Shown here piece by piece: positions 11,311 to 21,257 of a stretch of 64,000 nucleotides of DNA (its first letter is position 1; each line of letters starts with the position of its first letter). Below the pieces are notes generated by a model. The model saw only the letters and a program-made list of their open reading frames with translations. It did no database searches and was not told the DNA's origin. Location: assembly GCA_963848295.1 (NCBI GenBank), contig CAWKDB010000010.1:2688001-2752000 (forward strand). Direction: 5' to 3'. Source of the DNA: an uncultured delta proteobacterium. Lineage in GTDB: Bacteria; Myxococcota_A; Polyangia; Haliangiales; Haliangiaceae. A program made the position numbers and the translations under genes.

Positions 11311-13971
11311 ATGTTTCGGGTCGTAGTGGCGCTACTCGCGCTGTGCGCTGTCGCGCGCGCGGACGACGGCGTGCGTGGGCCCGATCCGGCGCCGCCGCCG
11401 AAGCCGGTCGGCGTGGTCACGAAGCCGCCGAAGCTGCTCCAGGCGGTCGCGCCCGAGTACCCGCCGGCCGCGCTCGCCGCCGGCAAGACCGCCAAGGTCA
11501 AAGTCCGCATCCATATAGACGCCGCGGGCACGGTCAGCTCGGTCGAGGTCGTCGACCATGTCGGCGATGGCTTCGACGAGGCCGCGGTCGCCGCCGCGAT
11601 GCAGTACGTGTTCGACCCCGCCGAGATCGACGGCAAGCCCGCCCCGATCACGGTCGAGACCACGATCAACTTCGTGATCGAGCAACGCGAGCAGCCCGAG
11701 CCGCCGCCGGTGCCGCCGCCGCCGGCCGAGCACGCCGGCCCGCCGAATCACGCCGGGCGCATGGCCGCGCCGGTGACCCTTAAGGGCTACGTCGTCGAGC
11801 GCGGCACGCGCAACAAGATCGCCGGCGTGATCGTCTCGATCAGCGAGCTCGGCGTCGATCTAGTCAGCGGCGACGACGGCTCGTTCTACTTCCACGGCAT
11901 CCCGCCGGGGCACTACAACGTGCTCGCGGTCGATCAGAAATACGATCGACTGTCGCGCCCGATCGTTCTCGCGAAGGGCGAGACGGTCGAGGTCCGGCTG
12001 TGGATGCGGCCGAAAGGCGGCAACCCGTACGAGACGGTCGTCGAGGGCGAGCGCGACACGCTCGAGGTCACGAAGCGCACGCTGCAGCGCCAGGAGCTGC
12101 AGAGCGTGCCCGGCACGTTCGAAGATCCGCTCCGCGTGATCCAGACACTGCCCGGCGTACAGCGCGCGCCGTTCGGCCTCGGCCTGTTGCTGATCCGCGG
12201 CTCGAACCCCGATGACACCGGGATCTTCCTCGATGGCCACGAAGTGCCGTCGCTGTTTCACTTCCTCGGCGGCCCGTCGATCTTCAACGCCGAGATGATC
12301 GACTCGCTCGATCTCTATCCCGGCGGCTTTCCGGCGCGGTTCGGCCGGTTCCACGGCGGCATCGTCGCGCTCGAATCGCGCGAGACCAAAGACGATGGCG
12401 TGCACGGCTCGGCGAAGGTCGACTTCATCGACGCCGGTGGCTACCTGCGCGCGCCGATCACGAAGGATCTGACGTTCGCCGTGTCGGGACGCCGGTCGTA
12501 CATCGATGCGTTCCTCGGCTTGTTCTTGCCGGCCGCGTCCGACGGCGAGACGCGGATCGTCACGCCGGTCTACTACGACTATCAGGCGAGGCTCGACTAC
12601 AACTTGCACGCCGACGGTCACCTGTCGCTGATGATGATCGGCTCGGGCGATTCGCTCCACGTGCTCGACCGCGATCCCGCCGCGCAGACGTCGACCGACC
12701 TCAACAGCTCGATCGACTTCTTCCGGATCATCGGCGCCTACAAGCGCCCGCTCGGGGGCGATCTCAAGCTGACGATCTCTCCGGCGTGGGGGCTCGACAC
12801 CGTGACCGCGACCGGCGCCGAGGCCGAAGCCTCGGGCCCGTTCACGAGCATCGCCGTCGTCAACAACTCGCTGTCGTATCGCATGCGGGTCAACGGCCGG
12901 ATCGACAAGTATTTCGTGATCGACACCGGCATCGACTTGCTGTCGCGCGTGACCAGCTACCAAGCACTGCTGCCGATCGGCGATAACCTCGTCAACGCGA
13001 ACGGCATCGACATTCCGCCGACCCAGATCTTTCGCGGCTCGCAAGAGCTCGGGCTCGGCACGTACATCGACCTCGGCATCGATCTGACGTCGCGGCTTCG
13101 ACTCGTCACGAGTCTGCGGCTCGACGGCTACGTGCTCGACGGTCAGTATCGCAACTCGATCGATCCGCGCCTCGTCGCGCGCTACAAGCTGTCGCCGACG
13201 CTGACGCTCAAAGCCTACGTCGGCCACTTCACCGAGCCGCCGCAGCCCGAGGCGCTCGATCGCAGGTTCGGCAACACCGGGGTCCAGCTCGAGCAAGCGA
13301 TCCACACCGGCGTCGGCTACGAATGGAAGCCCGACGCATACTGGTCGATCGACAGCGAGATCTACTACGTCCATCGCTACGACCTCGTCGTGTTCACCGA
13401 TGCGGCGAACCTCAACCCCGACGGCACTGTCACGTACGTCAACTTCGACAACACCGGCGTGGAGAATTCATACGGGCTCGAAGCGATCATCAAGCGCCAG
13501 CTCAGCGCGCACTTCTACGGCTGGCTGTCGTACACGTTTTCCAAGTCGCGCCAGCGGCTCGTTCCGGCCGACGCGTGGGAGCCGACCGCGTTCGACGAAC
13601 CGCACGTGCTCAACGCGGTCGCGAGTTGGAAGCCGGGCAAAGGCTACGAGTTCGGCGCGCGCTATCAGCTCGCGAGTGGCCGGCCCGATACGCCGATCAT
13701 CGGCGCGACCTACAACGCCGACACCGGCTCGTACGATCCGGTGCGCGGGCCCGCGCGCTCGATCCGGCTACCGACGTTCAGTCAGCTCGACGTGCGCGCC
13801 GAAAAGGACTGGCTCTATCAGAACTGGAGCTTCGGCGTGTACCTCGACATCATCAACGTGATCAATCAGCAGAACGTCGAGGCGATCCAGTACGACTATC
13901 GCTATCGCCAGTCGGCGCCGATCACGAGCTTCCCGATCCTCCCGACCATTGGAATCAAAGGCACATGGTGA
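11311..13971 (+). CDS. TonB-dependent receptor with N-terminal TonB C-terminal domain and carboxypeptidase-regulatory-like domain
   Basis: APEYPPAA...FDEAAVAAAMQYVFDPA (TonB_C); plug DPLRVIQTLPGV, IRGS, YPGGFPARFG; barrel ending in IKGTW. Confidence 0.9.
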   Translation: MFRVVVALLALCAVARADDGVRGPDPAPPPKPVGVVTKPPKLLQAVAPEYPPAALAAGKTAKVKVRIHIDAAGTVSSVEVVDHVGDGFDEAAVAAAMQYVFDPAEIDGKPAPITVETTINFVIEQREQPEPPPVPPPPAEHAGPPNHAGRMAAPVTLKGYVVERGTRNKIAGVIVSISELGVDLVSGDDGSFYFHGIPPGHYNVLAVDQKYDRLSRPIVLAKGETVEVRLWMRPKGGNPYETVVEGERDTLEVTKRTLQRQELQSVPGTFEDPLRVIQTLPGVQRAPFGLGLLLIRGSNPDDTGIFLDGHEVPSLFHFLGGPSIFNAEMIDSLDLYPGGFPARFGRFHGGIVALESRETKDDGVHGSAKVDFIDAGGYLRAPITKDLTFAVSGRRSYIDAFLGLFLPAASDGETRIVTPVYYDYQARLDYNLHADGHLSLMMIGSGDSLHVLDRDPAAQTSTDLNSSIDFFRIIGAYKRPLGGDLKLTISPAWGLDTVTATGAEAEASGPFTSIAVVNNSLSYRMRVNGRIDKYFVIDTGIDLLSRVTSYQALLPIGDNLVNANGIDIPPTQIFRGSQELGLGTYIDLGIDLTSRLRLVTSLRLDGYVLDGQYRNSIDPRLVARYKLSPTLTLKAYVGHFTEPPQPEALDRRFGNTGVQLEQAIHTGVGYEWKPDAYWSIDSEIYYVHRYDLVVFTDAANLNPDGTVTYVNFDNTGVENSYGLEAIIKRQLSAHFYGWLSYTFSKSRQRLVPADAWEPTAFDEPHVLNAVASWKPGKGYEFGARYQLASGRPDTPIIGATYNADTGSYDPVRGPARSIRLPTFSQLDVRAEKDWLYQNWSFGVYLDIINVINQQNVEAIQYDYRYRQSAPITSFPILPTIGIKGTW

Positions 13972-15095
13972 AGCTGACGATCCAACCGCCCCGCCATTCG
14001 GCAGCGCTGCTGACCAGGCACAGGTCCCGGTCAGCGGTCATCGCGGCGCTCGCGCTGTCGGCGTGCACCAAGTTCGAAGATCCCGACATCGTCGTCGATC
14101 TGCGCGTGATCGCGATGGAGGCGACGCTGCCCGAGCAGGTGATCGACGTCGATCTGGCGAACCCTCCGCCCGCCGATGAGCTGCTCGCCCAGGTGCTGCC
14201 GACCCGCGTGTGCGCGCTCGTCGCCGATCCGAGCTTTTATCGCGATCTGCGCTGGTCGATGACGCTGTGCCCGCCGGGCGAGGACGACCGTTGCGACGAC
14301 CCGTCGTATGTGATCGGCAGCGGCGTGATCACCGATCCCGACGGTACGTTCTATCCCGGCACCGATCTCCCAGTTCCCGAGCCGCAGATGTGCGCCGAGG
14401 TCCCCGCCGACAGCAGCTTGCTCAACGTCGTGCTCGCGACGTTGAACGGCGACTCGCTCAAGGGCTTCCAGGGCCTCGACTACGAGGTCCTGCTCGAGGT
14501 CGGTGGCGTCGGCGCGGATCCGAGCCTCGATCAGTACGCAGTCAAGACGTTGCAGCTCGCCGCGCGCGTGCCGTCGAATCGCACCGCGAACAACAACCCA
14601 TACCTCGATACGAGCTTTTCGCCGGGCGACTCCGGCAGCCAAGGGCTGGTCGCGATCGTCGACGGCGCCGACTTCCCGCTGCCGCTCGGCCGCTGCATCG
14701 ATGACTGCACCTTCCCGGGCAGTTGCTTCTTCCCGACGAACCCACGGCCCGGCGCCGCGTTTGAAGTGGCCCCCGGCGAGCAGGTCGAGCTGACTCCGAA
14801 CGAGCCCGACGGTGTGCACGAGCAGTATTTCCTGCCGACCACCGACGGGGGCGCGGAGATGTTCACCGAGAGCCTGACGTACGATTGGACCGCTTCGGGC
14901 GGCAAGTTCTCGACCGGCTCGACCGGCGGACCGCGCGACCTCGCCGGCAACCCCGCACCGCTCGCGACGACGTGGACCGCGCCGAGCGCGGACGATGTGC
15001 CCAACGGCGCCGACATCGCGGTGTGGGTCGTGCAGCGCGACGAGCGCTACGGCGTGCAGTGGTACGAGTCCTGTTTCCGTGTCAGTGCGCCGTGA
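13965..15095 (+). CDS. Lipoprotein associated with the TonB-dependent receptor
   Basis: Overlaps the receptor stop; LSAC lipobox; acidic, Cys-containing, DLRVIA motif. Confidence 0.75.
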   Translation: MVKLTIQPPRHSAALLTRHRSRSAVIAALALSACTKFEDPDIVVDLRVIAMEATLPEQVIDVDLANPPPADELLAQVLPTRVCALVADPSFYRDLRWSMTLCPPGEDDRCDDPSYVIGSGVITDPDGTFYPGTDLPVPEPQMCAEVPADSSLLNVVLATLNGDSLKGFQGLDYEVLLEVGGVGADPSLDQYAVKTLQLAARVPSNRTANNNPYLDTSFSPGDSGSQGLVAIVDGADFPLPLGRCIDDCTFPGSCFFPTNPRPGAAFEVAPGEQVELTPNEPDGVHEQYFLPTTDGGAEMFTESLTYDWTASGGKFSTGSTGGPRDLAGNPAPLATTWTAPSADDVPNGADIAVWVVQRDERYGVQWYESCFRVSAP

Positions 15096-15141
15096 CCTCG
15101 CCGCGCTGGATCCGCCGCTCGCGCAGTGGCATACGCACGAG

Positions 15142-15669
15142 ATGCGTGGCCTCGTCGTCGTCGCGGTAGCTGCCGGGTGCTGGACCGATTCGTCGTCGCC
15201 GCCCGCCGCGACGCCTGCGCCAGTCAGTCTTGGGTCGGTGCACGGATCCCTCGGGCCCGCGGAGGCGCCGCCAGCGCCGGCACCTGGCGCTCCGACGTTC
15301 GACATGACCGGCCTCGCCATCGGCGGCGCACCGGCTCCAGCGCCGACGCACCCGCCAACCGTACAGGTCGGCGCTCCGGCCGGACCTGCCGCAATCCCGC
15401 CGGAGGTGATCCGCCGCGTCGTGCACGAACATCTCCGCGAGCTCAGCGCTTGTTACGAGCACGCGCTCGAGACCGACCCGAAGCTCGCGGGCGCGGTCCG
15501 GGTGCGGTTCACGATCGGGCCGGATGGTCGCGTCGTGCAGAGCCACGGCAAAGGCCTGCAAGCGAACGTCGACGACTGCATAGCGACCGTGATCTCGACG
15601 GTGCGGTTCCCACTGCCGGCGAACGGCGGGTCGGTCGTCGTCGAGTACCCGTTCGACTTGTCGCCGTAG
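15142..15669 (+). CDS. Lipoprotein with AgmX/PglI-type (TonB-like) C-terminal domain
   Basis: AAGC lipobox; IRRVVHEHLRELSACYE...LAGAVRVRFTIGPDGRV...VEYPF. Confidence 0.8.
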   Translation: MRGLVVVAVAAGCWTDSSSPPAATPAPVSLGSVHGSLGPAEAPPAPAPGAPTFDMTGLAIGGAPAPAPTHPPTVQVGAPAGPAAIPPEVIRRVVHEHLRELSACYEHALETDPKLAGAVRVRFTIGPDGRVVQSHGKGLQANVDDCIATVISTVRFPLPANGGSVVVEYPFDLSP

Positions 15670-15673
15670 CAGG

Positions 15674-16015
15674 TCAATCGATCGTGAAGTCGAGCGAGTT
15701 CGACGTCCGCCCCATCGCGCTGACGCTGACGCTGACGTCGCCCGGCGCGCTCTGCGGGACCTCGACCATGATCTCGACGTCGCTCCACGTTGTCGGCGTC
15801 GCCGGGGTCTGATCGAACTCGACCGTGCCGGTGCTGTCGCAGGTCGGATCGTCTTGGCCGGTCTCCGGCCGCTGGCAGAAGTAGTCGCCATCGATCGAGA
15901 CCACCGCACCCGGCGGCGCGTGATCCGGCGTGACGCTCGACGCGAGCGGCGCAGGCACGTCGTCGTTGAGCGAGCAGCCCCCGCAGACGAGCAAGACTAG
16001 ATACAGGCGTCGCAT
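15674..16015 (-). CDS. Small IPT/TIG-domain lipoprotein
   Basis: CGGC lipobox; SVTPDHAPPGAVVSIDGDYF, WSDVEIMVEVP, SNSLDFTI. Confidence 0.75.
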   Translation of the reverse strand: MRRLYLVLLVCGGCSLNDDVPAPLASSVTPDHAPPGAVVSIDGDYFCQRPETGQDDPTCDSTGTVEFDQTPATPTTWSDVEIMVEVPQSAPGDVSVSVSAMGRTSNSLDFTID

Positions 16016-16440
16016 AGGCCACGCACGTGGACCTCGACCTGACGCTGCTTGACCGCTCGCGGAGGGCGCTTGCGCTCGGCGCGGGGAGTGCGGCGCACCG
16101 CGAGCTCGATCTCGGGCAAGCACGCGACCGTGCCGCACTCGGTGCACACGAAATGCGGATGCGCCGATTCATCGTGGGCCGACAAGGCCTCGAACCGCCA
16201 CACGTGATCTCCCACGTCGGTGCGGCGAACGAGCCCGGCTTCGGCCAGGTCGGTGAGGTTGCGATAGATGGTCGCCCGATCCCACGCTTGGCCAGCGAGC
16301 CGATCGGCGACATCGCCGTGCGACATCGCCGAATCGCTCGAGCGCAACAACTCGAGCACGGCAAGCCGCGACGGAGTCGCCCGCAGCCCGGAGGCTCGCA
16401 CTACAGTTCGCATGTCATCGAGCTCGGCTCGGCTCGCCAT
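15997..16440 (-). CDS. Fur-family metalloregulator
   Basis: GLRATPSRLAVL, DRATIYRNL, HPHFVCTECG and C-terminal CDAC. Confidence 0.92.
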   Translation of the reverse strand: MASRAELDDMRTVVRASGLRATPSRLAVLELLRSSDSAMSHGDVADRLAGQAWDRATIYRNLTDLAEAGLVRRTDVGDHVWRFEALSAHDESAHPHFVCTECGTVACLPEIELAVRRTPRAERKRPPRAVKQRQVEVHVRGLCDACI

Positions 16441-16472
16441 CGATCACGACTCTACGCTGCTCTTACCCGGCG

Positions 16473-16498
16473 TGCAAGCACTTGCAAATCAGTTGCGA
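16473..16498. promoter_or_regulatory. Overlapping palindromes upstream of the Fur-family gene, putative operator
   Basis: TGCAAG-CA-CTTGCA (perfect) and TTGCAAAT-C-AGTTGCGA (imperfect) in an AT-rich patch. Confidence 0.5.
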
Positions 16499-17139
16499 TA
16501 ATCAGGATTCGCCTCGATGTGGAAGTGATCCTTGTGCGAGATCGGGTCGTTCTGTGGCGTGAGCACGCCGCGAAACCCCGGGGTCGTATCGATCGTGCGC
16601 TCGATCGCGTGGAGTAGCTCGTCGCCGGCCTGGTAGTCCTTCGCGACCACCGCTTCGCGGCCGGTGTCGTCGACGAACGACACGACGTCCATCGCGAGCC
16701 CGAGCGCGTGACGCGACAAGATGTCTTTGGTCTTGCCGCCGACTCGGACCTTGCTCCACCGATAGATGCTGCCGAACCGGACCTCGCGCACCCCGAGGCC
16801 GTACAGCGCCTGACCGACCTGCGCGAGCCCGAGCGCGAGCTGGCAATCCATCACCGGCGCGTGCTTGTCATAGAGCGCGGTGTACTTGATCCCACCGAGC
16901 GTGAAGTCCGCCAGCGTGATCGGAGCGACGACGTGGCCCTGGGGCCTCGCGGCTCGCCAGCCGATACCGAGCTCGTCGAGCCTGGCTTCGCAGGTCTTGC
17001 CCGCGGTGACCATCGTCTGTGACGGTGGCCACGTGAACCCGGCGGGCATGTTGTTCGCTCGCGGCACGTGGCGCGCGGGCTTCGCGTCGGCGGCGCCGAA
17101 GCCACCCGCGACCAGCGCGATCACGACCCAGCGCGTCAT
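16489..17139 (-). CDS. Extensin-like C-terminal domain protein (zinc peptidase M15-like fold)
   Basis: Signal peptide; SRHALGLAMDV and HKDHFHI motifs. Confidence 0.8.
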   Translation of the reverse strand: MTRWVVIALVAGGFGAADAKPARHVPRANNMPAGFTWPPSQTMVTAGKTCEARLDELGIGWRAARPQGHVVAPITLADFTLGGIKYTALYDKHAPVMDCQLALGLAQVGQALYGLGVREVRFGSIYRWSKVRVGGKTKDILSRHALGLAMDVVSFVDDTGREAVVAKDYQAGDELLHAIERTIDTTPGFRGVLTPQNDPISHKDHFHIEANPDYRN

Positions 17140-17167
17140 GCTGCGGACGATAGATCGAAACCCGTGT

Positions 17168-19033
17168 TCAGGGCGGTGAGGTTGGCCCGGGGTCGGACTT
17201 CGCGATCGGGAGTTGACTCGATGACGTCTCGGGCGGCCGACCGAGACGGGCGGCATGCACGATCGCCATGCTGAGCGCGGTCTCGACATCCGGGGCATAC
17301 GCGACCTTGCCCGGATCGCGATGGATGCCGGCACGCGCGAGGATCTCGCTGACCTCGAGCGTGAGGCCCGAGAAGATGACCTTGACGTTCGACCGATGCA
17401 GACGATCGAGCACCGACTCGAGCGCGACGAGCCCGGTCGCGTCCATCGTCGGCACGTGGCGCATCTCGAGGATGTAGGTGTGGTCTTGGTCGCCGGCGAT
17501 ATGCAGCGCCTCCATCGCGCTCTTCGCCGCGCCGAAAAACAGCGGTCCGGCGATCTCGTAGACGCGCACGCCGGGGGGCACGGGCAGGTTCAGATGGCTC
17601 GGGGTCTCGAGCTCGGCTTTGGTCAGCACCGACATCCGTCGCATGAACAGCAACGCGGCGAGCACGACCCCGACCGTGACCGCGATCACCATGTCGAACG
17701 CGACGGTGAGGCCGAAGCAGGTCAGCATCACGAGCACGTCGTGGCGCGGCGCGATCCGCAACAGCCGTACGAAGTGCCGGGCCTCCGACATGTTGCGCGC
17801 GACGATGATCAGCAGGCCGGCGAGCCCGGCCATCGGCAGATAGCCGACGAGCGGCGCGAGCGCGATCGTGCATGCAAGCACGAAGATCGAGTGCATCGCG
17901 GCCGACAGCGGCGAGCGAGCGCCGGCGCGGATGTTCGTCGCGGTGCGGGCGAGCGCACCCGTCGCGGGAATCGCGCCGAAGAATGGACACAAGATATTGC
18001 CGATGCCGAGCGAGATCAGCTCGGCGTTCGGATCGTGGCGCGTGCCGCTCATACCGTCGGACACGACCGCCGCCATCAGCGATTCGATCGCGCCGAGCAT
18101 CGCGATCGCGAACGCCGACGGCAGGAGCTCGCGAATCGTCGCGTAGCTCAGCGTGAACGACGGGTAGCCCGGATCGACGAAGTGCCAGGGCAAGCCGGGC
18201 TGCGGCGGCAGCGGTGGAATGCCATGACCGTGCTGACCACCGCCGAGGTCGTAGCTGAACGACGACCCGATCGTGCTCGCGTGAAAGTGCCAATCGGCGG
18301 GCAGCACGTCGTTCGCGATCACGACGAGCACCGAGACGACGGCCAACGCGATCAGCGGCGCAGGCACGCGCTTGATCCATTTCGGCAGGGCGAGCAACAA
18401 CGCGACGGTCAGCGCCGCGACTCCGACATCACCGGGGTTGATGTTGGCCTTCGCGTCCCATAGCGCGCCGACGTATTCGAACGTCGTGTGGGTCGACGGC
18501 AACGTGACGCCGAACGCGTACTTGAGCTGGAGCACGGCGATGACGACGGCGATGCCCATCGTGAAACCGGTCGTCACGGGATGCGGGACGAACTCCATCA
18601 GCTTGCCGAGCCGGGCGAGGCCCATGACGAGCAGGATCACGCCTGCCATCAAGCCAGCGCATAACAGGCCGCCCAAGCCGAACTTCTGCACGATCGGCAG
18701 CAGCACGACCACGAACGCGGCGGTCGGCCCGGTGACCTGAAACCGCGTGCCGCCGAGCATCGAGCACGTGACCCCAGCGATGATCGCGGTGTACAGCCCG
18801 TGCTCCGGTCGCAAACCACAAGCGATCGCGAGCGCCATCGACAGCGGCAACGCGACGATGCCGACGACGATGGCGGCGAGCACGTCGGCCCGGAAGTCGC
18901 GTACGGTGTAGCCCTCGCGCAGCCGGCTGCGCAGGCCGTAACCGATCAGGTCCTTCGCGCGATACGCGAGCGAGACCTGCCGCTGCACTGCGTCCGACAG
19001 CTCGTCGACGTATCGCAGCGCACGCCGAATCAC
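17168..19033 (-). CDS. dauA: SulP/SLC26 family C4-dicarboxylate/anion transporter with STAS domain
   Basis: VALPLSMALAIA, GPTAAF, GAIESL, ARTATNIRAGARSP, GPLFFGAA, DATG; TIGSSF..GIPP..LPW loop typical of DauA/YchM; start uncertain. Confidence 0.88.
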   Translation of the reverse strand: MIRRALRYVDELSDAVQRQVSLAYRAKDLIGYGLRSRLREGYTVRDFRADVLAAIVVGIVALPLSMALAIACGLRPEHGLYTAIIAGVTCSMLGGTRFQVTGPTAAFVVVLLPIVQKFGLGGLLCAGLMAGVILLVMGLARLGKLMEFVPHPVTTGFTMGIAVVIAVLQLKYAFGVTLPSTHTTFEYVGALWDAKANINPGDVGVAALTVALLLALPKWIKRVPAPLIALAVVSVLVVIANDVLPADWHFHASTIGSSFSYDLGGGQHGHGIPPLPPQPGLPWHFVDPGYPSFTLSYATIRELLPSAFAIAMLGAIESLMAAVVSDGMSGTRHDPNAELISLGIGNILCPFFGAIPATGALARTATNIRAGARSPLSAAMHSIFVLACTIALAPLVGYLPMAGLAGLLIIVARNMSEARHFVRLLRIAPRHDVLVMLTCFGLTVAFDMVIAVTVGVVLAALLFMRRMSVLTKAELETPSHLNLPVPPGVRVYEIAGPLFFGAAKSAMEALHIAGDQDHTYILEMRHVPTMDATGLVALESVLDRLHRSNVKVIFSGLTLEVSEILARAGIHRDPGKVAYAPDVETALSMAIVHAARLGRPPETSSSQLPIAKSDPGPTSPP

Positions 19034-19059
19034 CGCCGTAGTATGTCACAACCAACACC

Positions 19060-19475
<416 letters not shown>

Positions 19476-19476
<1 letters not shown>

Positions 19477-19569
19477 GGACGGTGTTCACTTTGACAACCG
19501 GCCGCGCAGGTATCGATCACGATCGTAGGCACTTAGCTGGGGACGGTGTTCACTTTGACAACCAGCCGC
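19476..19569 (+). repeat. REP-like variant pair GGGACGGTGTTCACTTTGACAACCRGCCGC, 64 bp apart
   Basis: Copies at 19476-19505 and 19540-19569 with 1 mismatch; starts within the TAG stop, as at 9714. Confidence 0.8.
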
Positions 19570-19615
19570 CGCTGCGTCACGTGACTGTCAGACCCGGTGC
19601 GTAGGGTTCGGGCGC

Positions 19616-19984
19616 ATGGTCGTGCTGTCGAACCACCGCGTCGGCCCGAGCTCGGAGCTCATGGTGTCGGTCGAAGTCGCCTCGGAGATGCTCGCGGCGA
19701 TCGCGACGGCGGCGAAGCCGCTCGCGGCGTCGAGGTGGGAAGCCGAGCTGGTGCGCTGGCTCGAGCAGCGCGCGTCGAGGGTCGGAGGGGCGTTCGATGT
19801 CGGCGAGATCGCCTGGACGCCCGAGCACTTCGAGCTGCAGCGCGAGTTCCTGATCCGGGCGGCGATGGTCGCGGCGCACGGCAGCCAGCACGCGTCGGCG
19901 CTGCGCCGGTGGACGAAGTTGGTCGAAGCCCTGCCACGCGAGGCGGTCCAGGTGGGCCGGCGGTGGGACTGGGCCGAGATCTGA
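19616..19984 (+). CDS. Hypothetical protein
   Basis: 122-aa ORF with coding-like third-position GC filling the gap. Confidence 0.6.
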   Translation: MVVLSNHRVGPSSELMVSVEVASEMLAAIATAAKPLAASRWEAELVRWLEQRASRVGGAFDVGEIAWTPEHFELQREFLIRAAMVAAHGSQHASALRRWTKLVEALPREAVQVGRRWDWAEI

Positions 19985-20065
19985 CCGAAATTACTTACGA
20001 AAATCGCTAACTCTGCACGTACGCGGGCGCTGCCGACCACGGCTCAGACACGCTAGAGTCTCGCC

Positions 20066-21019
20066 GTGGCCGAGGGTATCGCCGGGCCGGGGTTCTACCC
20101 GCAACCAAACGAATGGACATGCGGTCCGTTTGCGCTCAAGCACGCCCTGCTCGCGCTCGGCCGGATGGTCGACGTCAACCAGATCTCGTCGACCGCGCGC
20201 ACCCACTGGTGGTCGGGCACGAACGAGATCCAGCTCGCCCGCGCCGCGCGCGAATTCGAGTGCGACCTCGTGCTCGAACGCCGCAGCGATGACGAAGCCG
20301 CGCGCAAGCTGCTCGTCAAGTACCTGCGCGAGCAGACGCCGGTGTTGCTGTGTGTCGACGAGTGGACGCATTGGATCACGGTCGTGCGCTCGGAGAATCG
20401 CCAGTTCGTCGTGATCGATTCGAACGACGATCCGCTGCTGTCGGTGCGCACGTGGCCTCAGCTGCGCAACTGGTGGCGCTATCACGACGTCGACTACGTC
20501 AAGGACAAGCCGCCGGTGCTGTTCGACCTGATGGCGGTGACGCCGCGGTTCCGCATCACGGTCAAAGCGGACTTCTCGGTCGAGCGCGTGAAGTTCCTGC
20601 GCCGGCAGGAGAATCGCCGGCTCGCACGCCATTGGAACGAGTATCTCGAAGACCTGCTCGAGATCTGCAAACCGCCGTCGGTGCGGATCGCCGAGCCGCT
20701 GTCGATGGGCGAGTTCTTGCGCCGCCACGCCGAGCTGCTCGTCACGCGCGTCGTGTACTGGCATGGCGACGTCAACCGCGAGGAGGTCGCGCGCGTCCTG
20801 CGCGAGCTCCGGTTCGTGTGCGAGACGTACGGCCTGGTCATTCCGGCCTCGATGAGCCGGCGTGCGCTCGCCGACCTGTCGATCGTCATCTCGTTGTGGG
20901 CGTGCGCCGACCGCGGCGTCGACAGCATGTTCGGCGCAACCGGTGCCGAGGCGAAGCCGGGCAAGTCCGGCGACGGCGCGCGCAAGAAGCGCAGCCGCGC
21001 GAACGGCAAGCGCCACTGA
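20066..21019 (+). CDS. Papain-fold (C39-like) cysteine peptidase domain protein with helical C-terminal extension
   Basis: QPNEWTCGP (Q..C), HWITV and IDS give a putative Cys-His-Asp triad; no signal peptide. Confidence 0.65.
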   Translation: MAEGIAGPGFYPQPNEWTCGPFALKHALLALGRMVDVNQISSTARTHWWSGTNEIQLARAAREFECDLVLERRSDDEAARKLLVKYLREQTPVLLCVDEWTHWITVVRSENRQFVVIDSNDDPLLSVRTWPQLRNWWRYHDVDYVKDKPPVLFDLMAVTPRFRITVKADFSVERVKFLRRQENRRLARHWNEYLEDLLEICKPPSVRIAEPLSMGEFLRRHAELLVTRVVYWHGDVNREEVARVLRELRFVCETYGLVIPASMSRRALADLSIVISLWACADRGVDSMFGATGAEAKPGKSGDGARKKRSRANGKRH

Positions 21020-21029
21020 GACGTGCGGC

Positions 21030-21194
21030 CCGGTCCGAACCGGCCCGACGCTCGACAGCAACCAGCCGATCCAGTTCGGTGCCGACCGCGACGACGGCGT
21101 GCCGACCGGCTTGTTCACCGGCTCGCTCGACGAGCTCACGTTCTACGATCGCACGCTGTCAGACGCCGAGATCGCGGCGACTGCCGAGGAGTAA
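21030..21194 (+). pseudogene. Orphan 3' remnant of a LamG/concanavalin-like domain gene
   Basis: PIQFGADRDDG..FTGSLDELTFYDRTLSDAEI is a typical LamG C-terminus; no start codon or 5' part. Confidence 0.65.
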
Positions 21195-21205
21195 CCATCG
21201 CGAGC

Positions 21206-21248
21206 TCGCGCTGCGGCGCGAGCCGTCGTCTCGATCGGCAAGTCTGAC
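21206..21248. repeat. Degenerate duplicate of the rhodanese gene 3' end (22146-22188)
   Basis: Ungapped 35/43 identity by hand alignment; encodes LPIETTARAA versus LPIEATARAA. Confidence 0.75.
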
Positions 21249-21257
21249 AAGCTGACG

